A DNA stretch of 51,836 nucleotides, counting the filler, from Ionaspis alba (lineage: Eukaryota): assembly GCA_964255285.1 (NCBI GenBank). It is 2 parts of 2 records of this genome, joined end to end, with 100 filler letters (N's around TTAATTAATTAA, not from the genome) between each part and the next. Parts side by side here need not be neighbours in the genome. Positions count along the whole stretch, not along the records: positions 26,024 to 51,836 come from CAXUUL010000153.1; 1 more part is not named here. The stretch is one strand, 5' to 3'. The notes below the pieces were generated by a model. It worked only from the letters and a program-made list of their open reading frames with translations, did no database searches and was not told where the DNA came from. A program made the translations under genes and the position numbers. Position 1 is the stretch's first letter, and every line of letters begins with the position of its first letter. Positions 36,149 to 48,482 of the stretch are shown one piece after another.

Positions 36149-37224
36149 ATGGTGAAACCAAGCATGTAAAATACTGTCCTCAAACTGTTCTGCACTTGCT
36201 AACAGCCTGAAAGAACCAAAATCGAAGCGTACACCGGTGCGTTTGAGGCACAAAATCGAGAAGGCGAGTGTTGCAAAGCAACGGAAGCAAAAAAAGTTAT
36301 CCAAAGCTGTATGTGACCGATAATGCCAGGAATCGGGCCTTCAACTGAGTCATGATTGTAGAACCCCGAATGGCGCTCCCGTTTGAAGAAAGATCCCGGC
36401 ATCCCAAACCTCTTTCCTTACAAAGATCGGATACTACACGAGATAGAAGAGAAGAAGCGGTTGAAGGATGAGGAAGCCACAAGAAAACGCGAGGAGGCTA
36501 GAGCGGCAAGAGGAGGAATTACTTTGACGTCGACAAAGGATGACCTTCCAGGCGCAGCTGAGGACGACAGGCAAGCTGGATTAAACGACTTGGTAGATGA
36601 TGAAGCAATGGACGAAGACGAACCCAACGACTCTTCAAACCCAATGGCCGCCTTGCTCGCATCAGCCAGAGCCCGAGCAGCAGACTACGAAGCCGTGTCA
36701 GACGACTCGGNNNNNNNNNNNNNNNNNNNNNNNNNNNNNNNNNNNNNNNNNNNNNNNNNNNNNNNNNNNNNNNNNNNNNNNNNNNNNNNNNNNNNNNNNN
36801 NNNNNNNNNNCTTTTGCTACAGAGGCTGTCGAGCTCGCCAGAGTCGTTGGCAAAACTACTGGATGTGTATGGTCTACCGCCTTTAATGATCTCTTCCGAA
36901 GGAGACTCGACGACAGACTTCTTGATTCAGGTGGCGCGGAAGCGGGGGAGACTCGGAAAAGGCGGTGTGCCGAACTTAGTGAGCGCGGCTACGACGGTTG
37001 TAATGGACTGGAGAGACGGCAGGATCCAGGGATGGGTGGATCCCCCTGTTCTTCCTATTGCTGGAGTGGGTGCTGCAGTAGAGAGTAACGACGGGGACGA
37101 AATGGCTGTGGTGGGAGACCAGAAGGAGATCGTGAAGGAGTGGGCTGCGGAGTTCAAGCTTGAAGGCCTGTGGGGTGATGATGGGAATGCAGGGGTGGAG
37201 CATGAGGTCGAGATGAAAGGATAG
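36149..37224 (+). CDS. NUG1: Nuclear GTP-binding protein Nug1 (nucleostemin/Grn1 family); central GTPase domain lost in the 36711-36810 gap
   Basis: MVKPK/PKSKRTPVRLRHKIEKAS..LSKA/NPEWRSRLKKDPGIPNLFPYK before the gap; TTDFLIQVARKRGRLGKGGVPNL..DWRDGRIQGW..EIVKEWAAEFKLEGL after it. Confidence 0.9.
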
Positions 37225-37492
37225 AAAACAAGAACGCCAAAGTTGATCCAACTAGAAAGCCATGACAAGGTGAACAAAGATAGCTCAGTGGCTGCCACTT
37301 GAATCTTCAGGCTCGATCCAGTGCCCAATGATCTGAGAGTATTGCAGTTGTGATTCTTTAATTGCAGACAGAAGCCATACTTCGCCTAGCCTATGGGTAT
37401 CTTCGCCACTATCTAAACACATCAGACCTCGAAATGCCATCATAAATATGCGCCAATATCCCATGCATCGATATCGTACATCTTCCCGAGGT

Positions 37493-38451
37493 CTAGTCGC
37501 TGTCCTCTTCAGCTTCACTATCCTCCTCACCCTCGTTAATATCGCTCCCTAAATCCTCAACGGTATCCTCTCCCTCAGCTCCTTCACTCCCTTCATCCTC
37601 TTCTTCGTCGTCGTCGTCGTCCTCCTCCTCCTGTCCATCTTCCGCCTCGCCACCTTCTGTACCGCCTCCATCAACGATCTCCGCGCTCTCCTCTTCCATT
37701 TCCACCTCCATTTCCTCATCCCTCTCATCTCCGGCTCCATCACCAGCCATCACAGACACACCCTCCCCATCCTCCGCCTTCAGCTTCTTCGCGCTTCTCT
37801 CGCCGCCATTCCCCTCAGCCCCACCCTCAGCTGATACGACGCTCTTTCGTCTACTCGTGCCCATCGTGCCTTCGCGTACTTTCTTCCTGTATTCATTGCG
37901 CTTCGCCGTCTGCACCTCGTTGTATTTTGCGAGCTCGGCTTCGAGGCGGGGAAGCATGAAATCGAAACCTGTGTCGCGGAGGCCGAGGAGCACATCATTC
38001 GGGTTGATAGTCTTGCGATTGGCAGATTGGGTATGTTCGTTTGCTCTGGCGGGAGGACTGGTTCAGCTAAGGGTGCTCGAGGTTTGAAAGCGGGTTTTCG
38101 TTTTGGTGGATAGAGAGGCCAGGTGATCAAGCAGAGATGAAGAAGGGACAGATGGAGAATGGAACTCACGCATGACTGATGTAGTTGATAAAGACTGTGG
38201 CACCTTTGCTCATAGCTGTAATGGCATCTTTCTGAACCTGAGTATTTGGGGCCAGGACACCTTTTGCGAGACGTTGGACCATGGTGCGGGGCATTGAGAG
38301 GTCCTGCAAAGAGCAGACGCGTCAATTCGAGTCCTTGGAGACAGGTATGTTCAGTGACAGATACCTCAATGTTGATTCCCTCTCTCTCCTTCTCCTTGCC
38401 AGTCTCATCCCCCGTTCCACTTACAGCGGAGACGTTGCTTTTGCGGGGCAT
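37493..38451 (-). CDS. DPB4: DNA polymerase epsilon subunit D (histone fold, acidic tail); 3 exons
   Basis: GINIE/DLSMPRTMVQRLAKGVLAPNTQVQKDAITAMSKGATVFINYISHA/ANEHTQSANRKTINPNDVLLGL..RLEAELAKYNEVQTAKRNEYR, then a D/E-rich tail. Confidence 0.9.
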
Positions 38452-38592
38452 TTTATCTGAGTCTGGTGATTAAAGGGTTAGTTCTCCGAGTCCGCCTCGA
38501 GTCTTCGTCACCGACAGGCAATTCTATTGTAAGAGAAGAGGAATAGTTGTGAACAATGTATCTCGATGCCTGGGTTCCAGTATGCATATTTG

Positions 38593-38608
38593 TCGCGAAC
38601 AAACGCGA
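38593..38608. promoter_or_regulatory. Two CGCG-core (MCB/SCB-like) elements upstream of DPB4
   Basis: TCGCGAA at 38593-38599 and ACGCGA at 38603-38608, about 150 bp upstream of a replication gene ATG. Confidence 0.4.
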
Positions 38609-38865
38609 GCATGAGGTTCGCTTATCTGGCAAATCATATGGCAGGAAGTACGATGGAAACCCTGACGGTCAATTGATGGAGCTGACAGCCCCCCGACTAC
38701 CGGGATTGAGGGATGATCCCACCAGCATTGATAGTGCACGTGCGGCCGATGCTCGGTTTGTCATTCTACCTCAATAACACCAATTGAAGATAATAATTTT
38801 CCGACAGCGGCCTGTGATCTGTAGTCTAATTTCAATAACCTGTTTTTGCTCTATTTCATGTCTGA

Positions 38866-40455
38866 TCATCTAAGATTCGCGAGCATCAAGCCCGGGTCCT
38901 CCAACAACGCCCTGATTCTCTCTCCCATTCGAGCCATTGTCGCACCATCAATAACCCTGTGGTCTGCGCTCCAGCTGAAATTCCCTACCGTCCTCTTCAC
39001 AACTTCTCCGCTCTCATCGAAAGCCGGAACGATTCTAGCTTTCCCAACTCCCAGAATCGCAACTTCGCTTTGAACAAGTACAGGAGAAACATAGGTCCCA
39101 CCTATGCTGCCAATGTTACTGACAGTAATAGTGCCGCCTGTGAGATCAGTTGCGCTGAGTTTTGAGGCCATAGCCTGGGATTGAAGATGCGTGAGTTGAC
39201 TGGCAATGTCGAGGATGGAAAGAGCGGCTACATTCTTGATGTTAGGCACAAGAAGTCCCTGCGGCGTATCCATTGCAACGCCAATGTTATGCTTCTCTCG
39301 CATAATCAATTTAGGAGCGACACTCGTGTCTGTGGATGTCTGCACCCTTGCATTCAGCAGAGGGAAGTCCTTAAGTGCTATGGACATGGCTTTGATGATG
39401 AATGGCAGATACGAAAGCTTTTGCAAAGACGTAGGATTGATGTTGAGACTCTGTCGAAGGATGGACAGAGGTGTAAGATTGATCTCGTCGGCATAGACAA
39501 AGTGAGGGATTGATAGAGACCTGGTCATCGTCTTGAACATCTGGGATTGGATCGGTGTCAAGGAGATCGGTGTCTCCCGCTGAGGGCCATAGTCAATATG
39601 GGCAGTTGGTTGAGCAGGGCCCTGATCTGTGGATTGCGGTACGGTATCTCGAGCAGACACGAACTTGTGGACATCTTCTTTTAGTACCCTCCCATCTTTA
39701 CCACTACCTGTGACATGCTCTATATTGACCTGAAATTCTTTGAGTAGGCCACGCACCGCAGGTGTCGCCAGTGATGCGTGTTTTCCTGAAGATATTGCTC
39801 CTGGTCCCTTCTGTGGTTGAGTTGATCCTTCCTGATGTCCCTCGATAGCCTTCTCCGGAGCCTTTTGAGGTTGTTGGGCATCTGAAGGAGTGCCTGCTTG
39901 CTCAGCCTCCGGCGTGATGAGAGCTTCGTCCTCCGGGGAGATCTCGCTCTGGATATCTATGTCGCATAGAGGCTGTGATAGCGAAGTCAGAAGGTATATT
40001 CCCTAATACGGGATTGGGACTTGCCTTGCCGACCTGCGCCATATCCCCTGCTTCATAGTGTAGTTTCTTTATTACCCCGTCAAACCGAGATGTAATCTGC
40101 CAACTAGTCTTTAGCATGCCGACCCAATCTTCAGCTCCTTTGAGCTATGTACCTCTGTAGCAGCCTTGTCCGATTGAACCTCGCATAGTCGGTTGAATTG
40201 TTCGACACGAGCTCCAGGTTGAACAAACCATTGTATGATTTGTACTTCTTTGATGCCTGATGAGCTTTCAGCACTCAGTTTCAAAGCTACCTCTAGAGCG
40301 GAGAAGTCCTTACCTTCACCTATGTCTGCAAGTATGAATGGCTTCACCACAGCAAGGGATCTCGAGCCGTGGAAATGGCGCCACGGCTGAAGGGCGCGAA
40401 AGAGGCATTGTTGCCGTCGAGGGATACATTGGATGCAGCGACCAATACCTAGCAT
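38866..40455 (-). CDS. DBT: Branched-chain alpha-ketoacid dehydrogenase E2 (dihydrolipoamide branched-chain transacylase); 4 exons
   Basis: KPFILADIGEG/IKEVQIIQWFV..CEVQSDKAATE/ITSRFDG (lipoyl domain); LATPAVRGLLK..GSGKDGRVLKEDV; AMDTPQGLLVPNIK; SWSADHRVIDGATMAR catalytic motif. Confidence 0.92.
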
Positions 40456-41036
40456 CTCCACGTAGATGGAAGTGACCTCGAGAGCGCGAACATTCCTTTG
40501 GAGCAGTCACAATAAACATATACTTGTCGTTATAAGCACATAACGGTTAGAAGCGGATACATGCAAGGAAATAAACTGCACGTGAGACTCGCTTGCCATG
40601 CACGGACCACAAGCCTTCCTCGACACAGACCTCGACTGCGCTCGTTAACATTTCGTGAGAGACTTCTCGATATCTCAGCCTTCATCGAGGGCAGTTGTCC
40701 GAACCCTATCTACTGCACAACTGAGGAACTCTCTCGATCTGAGGACAAGACACAGCAGGAAGGGAATCTGAACTGTATTCTGTCAACTGCCATGGGCTAT
40801 TCTTCCAGTTTGAGTTTTGGGATCCCGAACAATCAATACCATTATTACAGTGACCAAAATCACTGTTCCAAACCAGGTCGCCTTCTCAGTTTCATGAGCT
40901 GATCGTTGAAAAGTCATTCCAGCATTGCATGCTCGCTTTTATCTCAAAATCAACAAAGAGAAATGGCGGTCTTCTCCTTACAGCTTTTGTTCATGCCTTC
41001 TCGTTATTGCAGATGGTCCCTATAAATATATATCAG

Positions 41037-42159
41037 TCATTGAGATCCTTCTTCTGGGAAGAGACTCCTACGCTTGCGCTTCTTGCCTCTTTGCTTTCGT
41101 ATATCCTTCATGATAGCTTCAAGGTCCAAGAGCGCCTCGTCCTCCGCTTCGTTGAGCTCGTCAAGGAATTCCATCACAGCCTTACGTTTAGCATGCAAGG
41201 CATGGAGATGGTCCAACGTTCTCTGTCTCTTTGATTCGAGATCTTGTGGTAACGGGGCGGTCGCTGGGGCACTAGTCGCTTCCTTCAAGGCCTCAAACAC
41301 TATTTGCGCAACAACGTTGCCTAAAAGGTTCGTGCTGCTCAGCACCGGGAGATCCTTGACCTTCATTAATTGCCCAACGATGACAGACTGGGATTCGGGC
41401 CGAAAGAGATGGCGGGAAATATCGTTATCTGGGGCTCTTCCCCGATCGAGAACAAAGCTCAATTCGCGAAGATTGTGACCCATGGACAACCGTTGAAAGG
41501 CGTCCCTAAGATATTCGGCTCCGCAGCGGGAATCTTTCGCAGATCTATTACCTGTACCCTTGTATGCTTGGTACTCCTCTGGGCTATAGCACAGAAAAAC
41601 GTCGGTTATGGTGATGCGGATAGTTTTGATTTTGAGACGATTTGCCCCTATCTCGTCCAAGAAGATGCTCATCGAGGTGATTCCACTCTCGTGAAGGTGT
41701 TCCTTGAAATTGCGATGTGTGTGTTGTCTTGTCCGGTAGTTTGTGCAACAGTTTTGTTCTTCATCGCTGAAACAAAATGTGTTTCGAGCATAAAGAAAAT
41801 CGATTGCCTCCGCGTGGATGCGGCTACAGACACTCAGCAAGGCCACAGGCAATTTGATTCTCGTTGCAGGAGTGAGACGACGTTTGCGTGCGCGTATCGG
41901 GTCTGGGTGCAGTTCTGAAGGTGGGAACGCAAACTCATATACCTTCCGCCTGAGCTCGAGAGGGAGCTTAAAGAAGGGAAAAGGTTTGGGCGCTGTGCAT
42001 TGTGATCTCGACGTGGAATCGGGTCTGACGGTAGGGAGACGTCTGATAACAAGGCTCTCATCAGATCAGAATTTCCAAGAGGGTATGCTTCGTGTCGAAT
42101 ATTGACGGAACTTACAAGAAAGGATGTCCTTTAGTGGCGACGGACAGGTTCGCCATCAT
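41037..42159 (-). CDS. F-box-like uncharacterised protein (same family), copy 4, with C-terminal coiled coil and basic NLS-like tail; 2 exons
   Basis: Frame is open upstream of the listed ORF: PFPFFKLPLELRRKVYEFAF..VALLSVCSRIHAEAIDFLYARNTFCF. Probable exon 1 MMANLSVATKGHPF joined by intron 42043-42115 (GTAAGT..CTGAT..CAG). Ends RKQRGKKRKRR. Confidence 0.75.
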
Positions 42160-42748
42160 GGATCAAGATAGCATCCACGATCGACAGATGCTATCGACGT
42201 TGTTTCCCTCCAATTACTCAATTTTCAGGATTTCGTGCCTCGCTCCTGAGTCTTGTACAAAGTTGGGTCACTGTCACAAGCAATGACGATGACCCGGGAA
42301 GAATTTGATGGAGGAGTCGAATACTTGACTGGTATTGTGGATGAGTCTTCGTGCAGACAGCCTGATGAGTAGGAGGTAGGGCTTTGAGAGGTGGTAGAAT
42401 GGAATTAGGCCAACACGTGACGAAGGGCTACAATTCGCTAAGCGAAAATCGGGCTTCCAATCAATTGAAAGGCAAGAGGTGACCAGCGCATTCTTGGCAC
42501 TGACAATGGCTGTCATTAAATGTACTTGCTACAACATGCTAAAGCTTCATATGCACAACAGGCCATCCAACTTGCTGAAATGCCAAAACAGGGATCATCA
42601 ATCTTCACAGTATTCCTTGATTGGGTAGAAATCTTCCAGACAAAGGAGCTTCGCAGGATAATTGCTATCCCAAAGGAGTGTCTGCCTCCCCATCTACTCT
42701 GCTTCTCACCACCCACCTCCTAATTCTCCCCGACTACTCCTTCCCCGA

Positions 42749-45484
42749 TCAAGACTTCAGTCTCCTCTCCTCACACCTAACACACACCGGATCCTCGCTC
42801 TCGCCCCTAGTAAAGAACCTCCCATCCTCAAACTTGCCACCACATTCCTAGTCTCTCCATTAGCCATCTGCCCTCAAACTCCCCTTCCGACAGAGAAACC
42901 AACATACCTTACAACAAAAACACCCCTCATGCCACTCCCTCCCCAGCGCCTTAACCACCGTCTCCGTAATCGGCTTCCTACACCCCGCACACTTCCCACT
43001 AAATCTCTTACAGTGACACCCCACACACCACGCAAACCCATCCTTCTCCACAAACGGCGTCATCGCATCAAACGGATCCCCACACTCCGCACAAAAAAAG
43101 TGCCCAACATGCCACTCGCCTCCACAAGCAAGGACGACCTCGCCTTCAATCGGGGTTTTACAAGACCGACATCTGGGGCTGAACTTTTCGTGGAAGTCGA
43201 GATGGCAGTAGAAACGCAGGCTCGAATCGCCATCCTCCTCTTCCGTATGCATGCCTTCCACTGCAGGAATAGGGAGATCGTTTAAACGAGCATGGATGCG
43301 TGCGAGACGGCTTTCGCGGAAGGGCGCGGGCTCAGGGTAGAAAGCGACGCATTCGAGGAGCTCGCCGCATTGGTGGCAGGAGAAGCAGGCGGGGTGGAAG
43401 CGTTGGGAGAGGGCGCTGACGATGCGGCCGGCGATGGGGAGGGCACAAGCGGAGCACTGAGCTGTGGCACGGTGGGCAGAGGGGGACCAGTGGGACGTTG
43501 TTGTGGGTGGTGGTGCTGTGGCGGAGTGGTAGGGTGTTGGGCGGTGGTTGTGGGGAGTGGGAAGGGTTTTAGATGGGTTGGGAAGGGGACGGGCTGATGT
43601 TGAGCTGGTTTCCGGTGTGGTGATTGTGGGAATTTCAGGCGAGACGGAGATCGATGGGGTGTCTGTGGACAATGATATAGACGGGATGTCGGGAATGTTG
43701 ATGATTGGGATCGGTGGTTTGTCATTAACTTGGATCGTAGGTGATTCGGAGATACTGATTGTTGGGATCACAGGAGCTGAAGCGGTCGAAGCTGGCATGT
43801 GAGGCTTGGTAGCCCCGTTAGGAAGCACTCTGTTCGATGCATCTCTGCTCGAAGGACGGCTGGAGAGGGAACGTTCCTCCTTAAGCTCGACTTCTCTAGG
43901 CTTGTAGTTGCGGTCGAAGCTGACAATGGGACGGCTAGGGCGATCACTGACGACAGTTGGCGTCGGTAGCTTGGGGCTTCGATCTTTCAGCTTCATACTT
44001 GTGGCAGCACGGATGTCTTCCCCACGAATCTCCTTGCCATTCTTGCAACCAGGTCCCCCATTCGATTGAGAATTGTCGGCTGGGCTAACTGATCTGGGAG
44101 GTGTAGCGGGCAGGGTGTTTCGCAGGTAAGAAGGATTGCGGGACTGCGAGGGTGGATTCTTGTGGATCTCGTATCTTGAAAATCCTGGCCGGACTGACGC
44201 TGTAGTGAGTCCCTCCAATTTGTCATTGACCTCTTTGAAGGTAACACTCAAATTTCTCGCTTTTGGTCTCAGTGGTAGAGGCTTCTCAGCAGGCGGGAGC
44301 GAAGCAGCTGTTACAGCAATCGCCTCGGGTTCTTCGTATATTTGATCTTCAGGGTTCCTGAAAAGACTTTGGCGAGTCTCTGCACTAGACTTGCGAGACT
44401 TTGGCCCGCTAATCCGGCGGTGACCGCTGAATATTGATTTCGGGGGCATCGGGAAAGTCATATTCATGTAGCTCTTCTTCTTCGGAGACTCCCATTCCAT
44501 CGAGCTTTTGTTAACGGACCTCGAGAAATCTTCTGTATTGGGTATGCCACCTCGAGAGGAACCACTAGAGACACGACTGCTACCTGATGTTTTGCGGCTG
44601 CTCTTACTGTTTATCGATCCGTCAGAAGTAGAGCGCTTGCTTTGCTCGTAGCTTCCCTTCCTCATTCCTAGACTAGCATACCGCTCGGTGCTCAGACTTC
44701 TGGCATGGCTCCCTTTCCTGAGATGGCTCTTGAGATCAAATGGCACATCAGGGTTTCTGTAGGGGGCTCCTGGATTATGATGCTTCCACACAAGATCCGT
44801 GGCTTCATCTTGTGCTGCTTCGTGAAGCTGTTTCTCCGCTCGCGCGTCCATGACCTCCAGAGCCGCTCTCAACGAGCGAGCTTCTTGCTTCTCCATCCAT
44901 CTTAGTCCTCTCTCAAGATATGGAACATCCACAATATCTTCCTTCGCAGTATTTTCGTCTTCGGGGATGGTGATAGGAGTTGTTAAGTCCTTCGAATTAG
45001 AGTTAGGTTGCGGCTGATGAACGAGGGGTCTTCCAGCACCGATCAATGTCGGTATAGCAGATTTTGCTCTTCCGTGAGACAATGCGCTCGCAGTTGTTTC
45101 TGGGACGGATTGTGCTTCCGTACTTGCTTGTTGCGTTGAGCAGACAGGCCTTCCCATGGCAGAAGAAGTTCGCACAGGGTGCTCCAGCGGAGGAGTTGGG
45201 GTTGAGACGGCATTGCGGCCAGGGAACGGTCTAGAACCGCTTGGTCTCGCAGGGCGATTAGATCGTAGATCGTTGAGATACTCGGCTGTCCAAGCTCTCT
45301 GAGCGTCCTTGGCTTTTGGAGTTTGCGGAGTTGCCGAGGACGAGAAGAATTTTAGCGTTGAGGAGCGACGAGGATTCTCATCGGCCGCAGAGCGTAGGCC
45401 GGAGTGCTCAGGTGTTACGGTTGATTGACTGAAGCTATTGTTGTTGGCGAAAGCATCCTTGCTTCTACCACGGTGGAGTAACAT
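42749..45484 (-). CDS. LIM-domain protein (three C-terminal LIM domains, paxillin-like); 2 exons
   Basis: CSACALPI..RFHPACFSCHQC..FYCHLDFHEKFSPRCRSCKTPI..WHVGHFFCAEC..CAGCRKPI..WHEGCFCCK/ECGGKF..VCVRCEERRLKS*; intron 42848-42907. Confidence 0.9.
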
Positions 45485-46394
45485 GAGAGGAGCTTGTAGA
45501 CGGCGAGTGTCGGGGCATCAAATGGCTTCTGAATTATCAATATGGTAGGTCAACAGAGCAGAAGGGTCTAAGTAGGATTGTATTAGTAAAGTGAGAGAGC
45601 CGAGTGTAAAAGAATGTACGCAGGCTGAGGATATTCAGAGAATCTATGCAAAAGGAGAAATATTGAAGTTTCACAGAGTCTCGGCTCGGCGCACAGAACA
45701 CAAACAAACTGGTTGCGGGAACAACCACAACGATAGGGCTGGTGACAGAATCCATGTCTGCCTATCGACCTTATCGACACCCCGGTTCCCAAGCATTTAT
45801 CGACTGGCTTGTGTCTCAGAACTGTACCTGTACCTGCGCCTGCACTGCGCATCTAGCCGCTCAATGGTCCAGACTCTGATTATTCATAGATCAATACAGA
45901 CGCTCAGCGGCACCGAGAGGATAAGACCTTAAGGCCTCCCGTCTTTGGTAATCCTACAACGGAAGCACGGCAACATAGGATCGAGTTCTGTCTGTCCCTC
46001 TCGACCAGTACCCGAGACAACCGATGACATCGGCGTCTTCAAGTCAGCAATTCCTCCTCTGGTGCCAGAAGAAGCCTTAACGGTGATGCATGCATCCAAT
46101 GTAAGCGCTAGGTTGCCTTGCGTTCGTTCTCCAGTGGTTGTTGTGGATCTAATACCCGCAATTCCATTTATTCCGTCGGTCGATCAAGCTTCGAGTGGAT
46201 CGGCAATGACGGCACGAAGGTCAGAACTCCTAAATCCGCTATTTGTAACAACGAGGGGCTTTCAATATGCAAGCTTTGTCAGTATCGCCGGTCATTGCAT
46301 ATGGCTGCTATGTTTCAAAAAGCAGATTCTGCAGTTGGAACAGGTATAAAGGGGAAGTGAACGAGTGTAGCTTACACGGTCAACCTCGTGGTTC

Positions 46395-48043
46395 ATGAAC
46401 GAAGCCGACGAGATGAACTTTTCTACCTCCGTTCCTACCGGCATAGAAGCGCCTCTCCGGAGACAGAATTCTGCCTCAAGTGGTAACTCCGAAATAACGA
46501 TTACTACTCAGGACGAAGAACAACCTGGCGTACAACAGCCGAAAGCGATTGACGTCCCTCCTAATGGAGGCTATGGTTGGGTTTGTGTCGGATGCGCCTT
46601 TACAATAAATGCCCATACTTGGGGTCTCAATAGCGTGAGGTTCAGGGTATGAGATACAATGGGACTACGCTAACCGTACTACAAGTCTTATGGAGTCTTT
46701 CTTGCCTATTACTTGGCCAACAATACCTATCCGGGAGCTACGGCCCTTGAGTATGCGTTTGTTGGCGGCCTCTCCGTTTCAGCGGCTTTACTTGTCTCAC
46801 CCCTTGCGACCTATACGACTCGAGCATATGGCACAAGAACTACCTTGTTGATCGGCGTTTTCTTCGAGACCATTTCTTTGATCGGAGCGTCCTTCACCAA
46901 AGAGATCTGGCAACTGTTCCTCAGTCAAGGCGTGTGTTTTGGATGGGGCCAGGGCTTCCTGTTTGTTGGGTCAGTTGGCGTAGTCCCGCAGTGGTTCACA
47001 ACGAAGAGGAGTCTTGCGAACAGTATCGCAGCGGCTGGCAGTGGGATTGGAGGCATGGTCTACAGCCTCGCAGCTAATGCCATCATTCAATCCATTGGAC
47101 TTGGTTGGGCTTTCAGGATACTGGGAATACTCGCATTTGTCATGAACCTCATATCTACGATACTGATCAAGGACCGAAACAAGGCCATCGGCGCTAAGCA
47201 GCTTGCCTTTGACTACAGACTCTTCAAGCGGGTCGAGTATCTGCTGCTACTTGGCTGGGGCGTCTTTTCAATGGTACGCCTATCATCCAATGTGTTTAAA
47301 TCGTAGATTATGTTACTAACGGATCATGCTTAGTTGGGCTATATCGTGCTCCTATTCTCTTTGCCTAACTTCGCCCTAAGCATCGGTCTTACTGCAAAGC
47401 AAGGTTCCATCATCGGTGCTCTTCTCAACCTTGGACAAGGCTTAGGACGCCCTGTGGTAGGCCTGGTTAGTGACTCCGCTGGTCGCATCAATATTGCGGG
47501 ATTCCTCACATTCCTATGTGGACTATTCTGTCTCGTAATATGGACATTCGTAAAGAGCTTTGGAGTCCTCGTGTTCTTCTCCATACTTGTGGGCACCGTT
47601 GCTGGCACGTTCTGGACTACCATTGCTCCTGTTGGCGCAGAAGTAGTAGGATTGAAAGAACTGCCATCGGCCTTGTCGATTGTGTGGCTAGTTCTGGTCC
47701 TACCGACAACATGTGAGCTAGCCCTTCATTCTTCGATGTCTCTGCTAACTTCTTGACTACAGTCTCGGAACCAATTGGTCTAAGACTTCGACAGAGTAGC
47801 GGCAATATCTATCTCCATGCCCAAATTTATACGGGCATGATGTACCTTGGTGCGGCTTTGTGCATGTGGTTCCTTCGAGCTTGGAAGATTGGAGAGCTGG
47901 AACAACTCGCTGCAGAGCAAGGCAGACCCGTACAAGCACTTGATGCTTCAAATTCCCATGCTCTTGAAAAACCTTTGTCCCATGCTTCGAGGCAAGCTAA
48001 ATCAAGCATCCTGAAGCGTCTTTTCATGTGGAAAATCGCCTAA
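46395..48043 (+). CDS. MFS monocarboxylate-transporter-like (Mch/MCT family) protein; 4 exons
   Basis: DVPPNGGYGWVCV..INAHTWGLNS/SYGVFLAYYL..IWQLFLSQGVCFGWG..PQWFTTKRSLA..GQGLGRPVVGLVSDSAGRIN; introns 46635-46685, 47274-47333, 47713-47762. Confidence 0.9.
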
Positions 48044-48482
48044 CATAGAGAAATTGTTTGCGATTTGATCTGATAGCTATAGCATAGCGGTGTGGTTTTA
48101 GAGTCTATTCTAGAGATGAAACTCGTCTACTAGTTATGGTATGCGTCGCCAGATAGGGACTGTTATATTAGGAGTTAGCTTATGGATTAAAGAACTTTCA
48201 AGTACTACGTTAACACTCATTGTTATGCCCGTCAGTAATCAACACTTTATTTTCTCATCGAGGAGGCTATTGGTTCTGGGAGTCCAGGAGTCTTGGCATT
48301 TTTAGTCGCGCTTGCCCATTATCGATTTACGTGCCGCTAGCGAACCTTGTTGATTCCCGATTCCCACAACAATCCCTAAACCATCTCTTGCCCACACACG
48401 CAACTTACACATCAACAGCCAATCTGTATCTTACTGCGATCAGTCATCAGCTTCAAAGCTCTTGCAAGTGTCTACCATCAGA

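Noticed and set aside
42662..43802. Long antisense ORFs over the LIM gene (and similarly over VID27, APL2 and tubulin)
   Set aside because: Shadow ORFs caused by codon bias and low stop frequency opposite real genes.
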